From NCBI GenBank assembly GCA_965202665.1, contig OZ241841.1, positions 1,824,001-1,888,000 of the forward strand: DNA of 64,000 nucleotides. Reading direction: 5' to 3'. The stretch is from Candidatus Spongiisociaceae bacterium. GTDB taxonomy: Bacteria > Actinomycetota > Acidimicrobiia > Spongiisociales > Spongiisociaceae. Position numbers and translations under genes: made by a program. How positions within the stretch are numbered: position 1 is the stretch's first letter; each line of letters starts with the position of its first letter. Positions 59,788-64,000 of the stretch are shown here, one piece after another. Under the pieces are notes generated by a model. It did not search any database, had not been told where the DNA came from, and saw only the letters and a list, made by a program, of their open reading frames with translations.

Positions 59788-60936
59788 ATGGGACGGCCGA
59801 TGGATTCCGCCGATGTGATCGTGGTCGGGTTGGGCGCGCACGGCTCCGCCGCCGCCTCCGCTTTGGCCCGGCGCGGGCTGACGGTGCTCGGCTTCGACAT
59901 GGACGCCCCGCCCCACGCCCTCGGCTCCAGCCATGGGGAAACGCGGGTTATCCGGGAGGTGTACGGGGAGCATCCCGCCTACGTGCCGGTCGTGCAACAT
60001 GCCTACCGGCTGTGGAGGCGGCTGGAGGAAGAAGCCGACCCGCCCGCGCAACTGCTGCGCGTCACCGGCGGTATTTCCATCGGACAGCCGGGGAGCGAAA
60101 CGTTGGCCGGCGTGGAACGTTCCTCGCAGGAGCACGGCCTGCCCTACGAACTGCTGGACGCCGACGAAATTGGCGCCCGCTGGCCGCAGTTCAACCCGGC
60201 GCGGGAGATGGCGGGGGCGTACGATCCCAACGCCGGGGCGTTGTTCGTGGAGCCCTGCCTGCGGGCCATGTTGGACGACGCCGCCCGGCGCGGGGCCCGG
60301 CTTCGCATGCGGGAGCCGGTGCGCAAATGGCATCCGGACGGGGAAGGGATCCGGGCGTACACCGACGAGGGGGAATATTCAGCCGGGCGCATCGTGTTCG
60401 CCGCCGGGGCCTGGAACCGGCGTTGGCTGTCCAAACTGAATCTGCCGTTGCGGGTGGAAAGGCAGGTGCTGGTTTGGTTCCAGCCTCTCCAACCGGAACT
60501 GTTCGGGCCCGACCGGTGCCCCAACCACGCTTGGGAGTGGAAACCGGGCGCATGGCTGTACTGCCAGCCCGACTACGGGAGGGGGGCGAAAACCGCTTTC
60601 CACCACGACGGGGAAATGTACGACGACCCCGAATCTTTGGACCGGGAGGTGCGTCCCGCCGACGAGGGGAACCTGCGCGCCGCCGTCTCGGATATCTTGC
60701 CCGCGATGGGCGGGGCGGTCCTCCGTTCGGCGGTTTGCATGTACACCGACACCCCCGATGAGCATTTCCTGCTGGACGTCCATCCCGGTCATTCCAACGT
60801 GGTTATAGTCAGCGCCTGCTCCGGGCACGGGTTCAAATTTTCGCCCGCCATCGGGGAGATAGCAGCCGACTTGGCCGTCGGTCGAAAACCCCCGTACGAC
60901 ATTTCCATGTTCGGCATCGGGCGGTTGTTAAAATAG
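59788..60936 (+). CDS. solA: N-methyl-L-tryptophan / monomeric sarcosine oxidase
   Basis: GLGAHGS, GSSHGETR, CMYT.TPD, CSGHGFKF. Confidence 0.88.
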   Translation: MGRPMDSADVIVVGLGAHGSAAASALARRGLTVLGFDMDAPPHALGSSHGETRVIREVYGEHPAYVPVVQHAYRLWRRLEEEADPPAQLLRVTGGISIGQPGSETLAGVERSSQEHGLPYELLDADEIGARWPQFNPAREMAGAYDPNAGALFVEPCLRAMLDDAARRGARLRMREPVRKWHPDGEGIRAYTDEGEYSAGRIVFAAGAWNRRWLSKLNLPLRVERQVLVWFQPLQPELFGPDRCPNHAWEWKPGAWLYCQPDYGRGAKTAFHHDGEMYDDPESLDREVRPADEGNLRAAVSDILPAMGGAVLRSAVCMYTDTPDEHFLLDVHPGHSNVVIVSACSGHGFKFSPAIGEIAADLAVGRKPPYDISMFGIGRLLK

Positions 60937-60966
60937 GCGGCCGCCGGCGGGCGGGAGGTCGGGTTG

Positions 60967-61671
60967 ATGGTTGAATGGGGTTATTCCGGGGCCGGGGCCC
61001 CCGCCAACTGGGCGGACCTGTCGCCCGAATATGAGAAATGCGGGTCGGGGGAGCGGCAGTCCCCCATCGACATCACCGGTTACGCATCGGCCGACCCGCC
61101 GCCGCTTCGTTTCTCCTACGGGGGCGCGGCCCCGAACGAGTTGACCAACAACGGGCACGCCGTTTACATCAACTACGCGGAGGGCAACCGGTTTGAGTTC
61201 TCCGGCCGCAATTACGAGTTGACGCAGGCCCACTTTCACACGCCGGGCGAGCATTTGCTGGACGGGGAGTCGTTCGCCGCCGAACTGCATCTGGTGCATC
61301 GGCGGGCGTCGGGCGAGTTTGCGGTGGTCGGTTTCCTATACCGGCTGGGGGAACCCGATCCGATGTTGGAAGAGTTGCTGAACCGGGCTCCGGCGGCTGG
61401 GGAGGCGGCGCGCAACGAAGAGGGTTCGCTGGACGGGCTGGGCGCGGCCGTTCTGGTTCCCGAAGACAAAGGTTTTTACATGTACGGGGGTTCCACCACC
61501 ACCCCGCCCTGCTTTGAGCCGGTGGAATGGTTCGTGATGGCGGAGGCGCGGTCGGCATCGCAGGGGCAGGTGGATCGTTTGGAGGCGAAGACGGCGGGCG
61601 GACCCACCAACCGCCCCGTTCAGCCCCGCAACGGCCGGGAACTGATTTTCACCGGCTCCCGTCTTGCTTAG
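60967..61671 (+). CDS. Alpha-class carbonic anhydrase
   Basis: WGY, QSPIDI, HFH, EH, ELHLVH, GS.TTPPC, RPVQP. Confidence 0.92.
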   Translation: MVEWGYSGAGAPANWADLSPEYEKCGSGERQSPIDITGYASADPPPLRFSYGGAAPNELTNNGHAVYINYAEGNRFEFSGRNYELTQAHFHTPGEHLLDGESFAAELHLVHRRASGEFAVVGFLYRLGEPDPMLEELLNRAPAAGEAARNEEGSLDGLGAAVLVPEDKGFYMYGGSTTTPPCFEPVEWFVMAEARSASQGQVDRLEAKTAGGPTNRPVQPRNGRELIFTGSRLA

Positions 61672-61689
61672 CGGCGGGCGGCCGGTCGG

Positions 61690-62433
61690 TCAGCCGTCGG
61701 GGAGGGCGGCCCACATGGCGGCCCCTATGATGCCCGCCCGGTTGCGCAAAGCGGCGGGGACTATTTCGGCCCGGCTGCGCAGCAACCGACCGAATTGATC
61801 GAACTGTTGGGAGATGCCGCCGCCGATGACCAGCAGGTCGGGGGAGAACAGGCGGTCCAGCAAGGCGAAGAAGCCGTTGAGGCGGTCCGCCCACTCCGCA
61901 AAAGACAATCCTTCCCGTTGGCGGGCCCGGTTGGAGGCGATTCGCTCCGCGGCCGTCCCGTCCATCTCCAAGTGGCCCAGTTCGGTGTTGGGAACCAGTT
62001 TTCCGTCCAGCAACAGGGCCGAGCCGATGCCGGTTCCCAAAGTGATCACGATCGTCGTCCCCCGCCGTCCGGCGGCCGCGCCCGACCGGGCTTCGGCCAG
62101 GCCGGCCGCGTCGGCGTCGTTCAGCACCGCCGCCGGACGGCCGCAGGCTTCGGAGAACAACGTTTGGGCGTCGCCCCCGATCCAGGAGTCGTCCACGTTG
62201 GCCGCCGACAGGATCAGGCCGTTGCGGACGATGGCCGGGAAGGCGACGCCGATGCGCCCGGTCGTCTCCGGGAAACGTTCCGCTACCCGCCGCACCGTCT
62301 CCGCCATCGCCGTCGGATGCGACGGACGGGGGGTTGCCAGACGGAACCGGTCGGCCAGCATAACCCCCTTTTCGACGTCCACCGGGGCCCCTTTCACGCC
62401 GCTGCCCCCGATGTCTATTCCCAAAACGGCCAT
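61690..62433 (-). CDS. ppgK: Polyphosphate glucokinase (ROK family)
   Basis: GIDIGGSGVKGAPVD, NDADAAG, LGTGIGSA, PNTELGH. Confidence 0.93.
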   Translation of the reverse strand: MAVLGIDIGGSGVKGAPVDVEKGVMLADRFRLATPRPSHPTAMAETVRRVAERFPETTGRIGVAFPAIVRNGLILSAANVDDSWIGGDAQTLFSEACGRPAAVLNDADAAGLAEARSGAAAGRRGTTIVITLGTGIGSALLLDGKLVPNTELGHLEMDGTAAERIASNRARQREGLSFAEWADRLNGFFALLDRLFSPDLLVIGGGISQQFDQFGRLLRSRAEIVPAALRNRAGIIGAAMWAALPDG

Positions 62434-62455
62434 GGTCGCCTCCGGCCCGGGCGGC

Positions 62456-62536
62456 CTACGCCCGTTCCCGGCGGCCCCGCTCTCCGGCTGTCATCTGAGA
62501 GCGCCCGGCGTTGCGCACGCACGCGAACAGCGCCAT
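62456..62536 (-). pseudogene. ArsC / LMW-PTP active-site remnant
   Basis: LFACVRNAGRSQM (CX5R motif) followed shortly by a stop. Confidence 0.5.
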
Positions 62537-62642
62537 GGGGAGGCCGGGGAGGGACGAAACGCTCATTGTTCCATCATAACGGACGGCCCGGGCGCGCCGG
62601 TGCGGTAGATTTTGCGGGCGCCGTACAACGGAAGGAAAGACC

Positions 62643-64000
62643 ATCGCCGACATAGGTTTGATCGGGTTGGCCGTGATGGGCCAGAACCTGGCTTTGAACA
62701 TCAGCGACCGCGGCTACCGGGTGGCCGTCTACAACCGCACCGGGGCCCGCACCCGTCGGTTTTTGGACGGGCCGGCGGCCGGCTCGCAAGTGGCCGGGGC
62801 CGAAACTTTGGAGGAACTGACGGGGATGCTGACCCCGCCCCGGAGGGTAATGCTGATGGTGAAAGCCGGACGGGCGGTGGATGAGACCATCGCCGCCCTG
62901 CTTCCCCTGCTGGAGGCGGGCGACATCATCATCGACGGGGGGAACTCCTATTTCATGGACACCATCCGCCGCACCCGGGAAATGTCGGAGCGGGGAATCC
63001 TGTTCGTGGGGGCCGGGGTGTCGGGCGGTGAGGAAGGGGCCCGGCGCGGTCCGTCCGTAATGCCCGGCGGAGATGAGCGGGCATGGCCCTGGGTGCGGGA
63101 AATCCTGCAGGCGGCGGCCGCTAAAACATCCGATGGAACCCCCTGTTGCGACTGGGTGGGGGCGGATGGGGCGGGACACTACGTGAAAATGGCCCACAAC
63201 GGGATCGAATACGGCGATATGCAGGTAATCGCCGAGGCCTACCACATTATGGGGGCCGGGCTGGGGATGTCCAACCGGGAGATGGCGGAGGTTTTCAGGG
63301 AATGGAACGGGGGGGCGCTGGACTCGTTCCTGATCGGGATCACCGCCGACATTCTGGATTTCACCGACTCGGACGGGGAAGCGACTTTGGATGCGATCCT
63401 GGACGCGGCCGGGCAGAAAGGGACCGGCAAATGGACCGCCGTCTCCTCCTTGGAGTTGGGGCAGCCGGTTACGTTGGTGGCGGAGGCGGTGTACGCCCGG
63501 ATTGTCTCTTCGTTGCGGGAGGAACGGCAGGAGGCGGCCCGCGTCTTGGGGGAAAGGGAGGCCGGGCGGGGGGGCGCCGGGCGGGATCTGGCGCCCGCCG
63601 TGCGCGACGCCCTCTACGCCTCCAAGATCGTGTCCTACGCGCAAGGTTTCATGCTGTTGCGGGCGGCGGCCGCCGAATACGGGTGGGAGCTGGATTACGG
63701 GCGCATCGCCGGGCTGTGGCGGGAAGGGTGCATCATCCGGGCCGCTTTCTTAGACGACATAACCGCCGCTTTCCAAAGGCGGCCTGATTTGCCCAGCCTG
63801 CTTTTGGATGACTTTTTCGCGGGGGCGGTGCGGCGGGCGGAGGCCGGATGGCGGCGGACGGTGGGGGAGGCGGTGCGGTTGGGAATCCCGGTTCCCGCCT
63901 ACAGTTCGGCTTTGGCCTTCTACGACGGATACCGCAGCCGGCGCCTGCCCGCCAACCTGATCCAGGCGCAACGGGACTTTTTCGGCGCCCACACTTACGA
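62643..64000 (+). CDS. gnd: NADP-dependent 6-phosphogluconate dehydrogenase (3' truncated by window)
   Basis: ADIGLIGLAVMGQNL, DGGNS, VSGGEEGA, VKMAHNGIEYGDMQ, QKGTGKWT, QAQRDFFGAHTY. Confidence 0.95.
   Translation, partial: MADIGLIGLAVMGQNLALNISDRGYRVAVYNRTGARTRRFLDGPAAGSQVAGAETLEELTGMLTPPRRVMLMVKAGRAVDETIAALLPLLEAGDIIIDGGNSYFMDTIRRTREMSERGILFVGAGVSGGEEGARRGPSVMPGGDERAWPWVREILQAAAAKTSDGTPCCDWVGADGAGHYVKMAHNGIEYGDMQVIAEAYHIMGAGLGMSNREMAEVFREWNGGALDSFLIGITADILDFTDSDGEATLDAILDAAGQKGTGKWTAVSSLELGQPVTLVAEAVYARIVSSLREERQEAARVLGEREAGRGGAGRDLAPAVRDALYASKIVSYAQGFMLLRAAAAEYGWELDYGRIAGLWREGCIIRAAFLDDITAAFQRRPDLPSLLLDDFFAGAVRRAEAGWRRTVGEAVRLGIPVPAYSSALAFYDGYRSRRLPANLIQAQRDFFGAHTY

Overview
This is a high-GC actinobacterial chromosome segment: Kgd, MutT1, PpgK, SenX3/RegX3-like, Lhr and PolX-PHP genes point to Actinomycetota, and Acidimicrobiia is a guess. 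Housekeeping content includes the pst/phoU/two-component operon, malic enzyme, kgd, a group-2-like sigma factor, an inositol catabolism cluster, recQ, lhr, tRNA-Sec, hflX, ppgK and gnd. AT-richer accessory pieces are interspersed: a nucleotidyltransferase module (3.6-4.6 kb), two modular surface proteins, a DUF3800 remnant with two tandem putative sRNAs (32.6-33.2 kb), an integrase-less phage-like cassette (35.3-37.1 kb) and a defence island (41.9-54.9 kb). The island carries a toxin followed by four antitoxin-like repeat modules, a Type I R-M system whose hsdS is broken at two poly-C tracts, an unknown two-gene module with a PD-(D/E)xK motif, and a Phd-Phd-VapC locus. The best novelty candidate is an unannotated, structured ~255-nt minus-strand transcript (about 21795-22049). 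It has a 17-nt complement of the 16S rRNA 3' end, a 14-codon ORF and a second SD just before the stop codon. All family calls come from motif recognition by eye; no searches were run.
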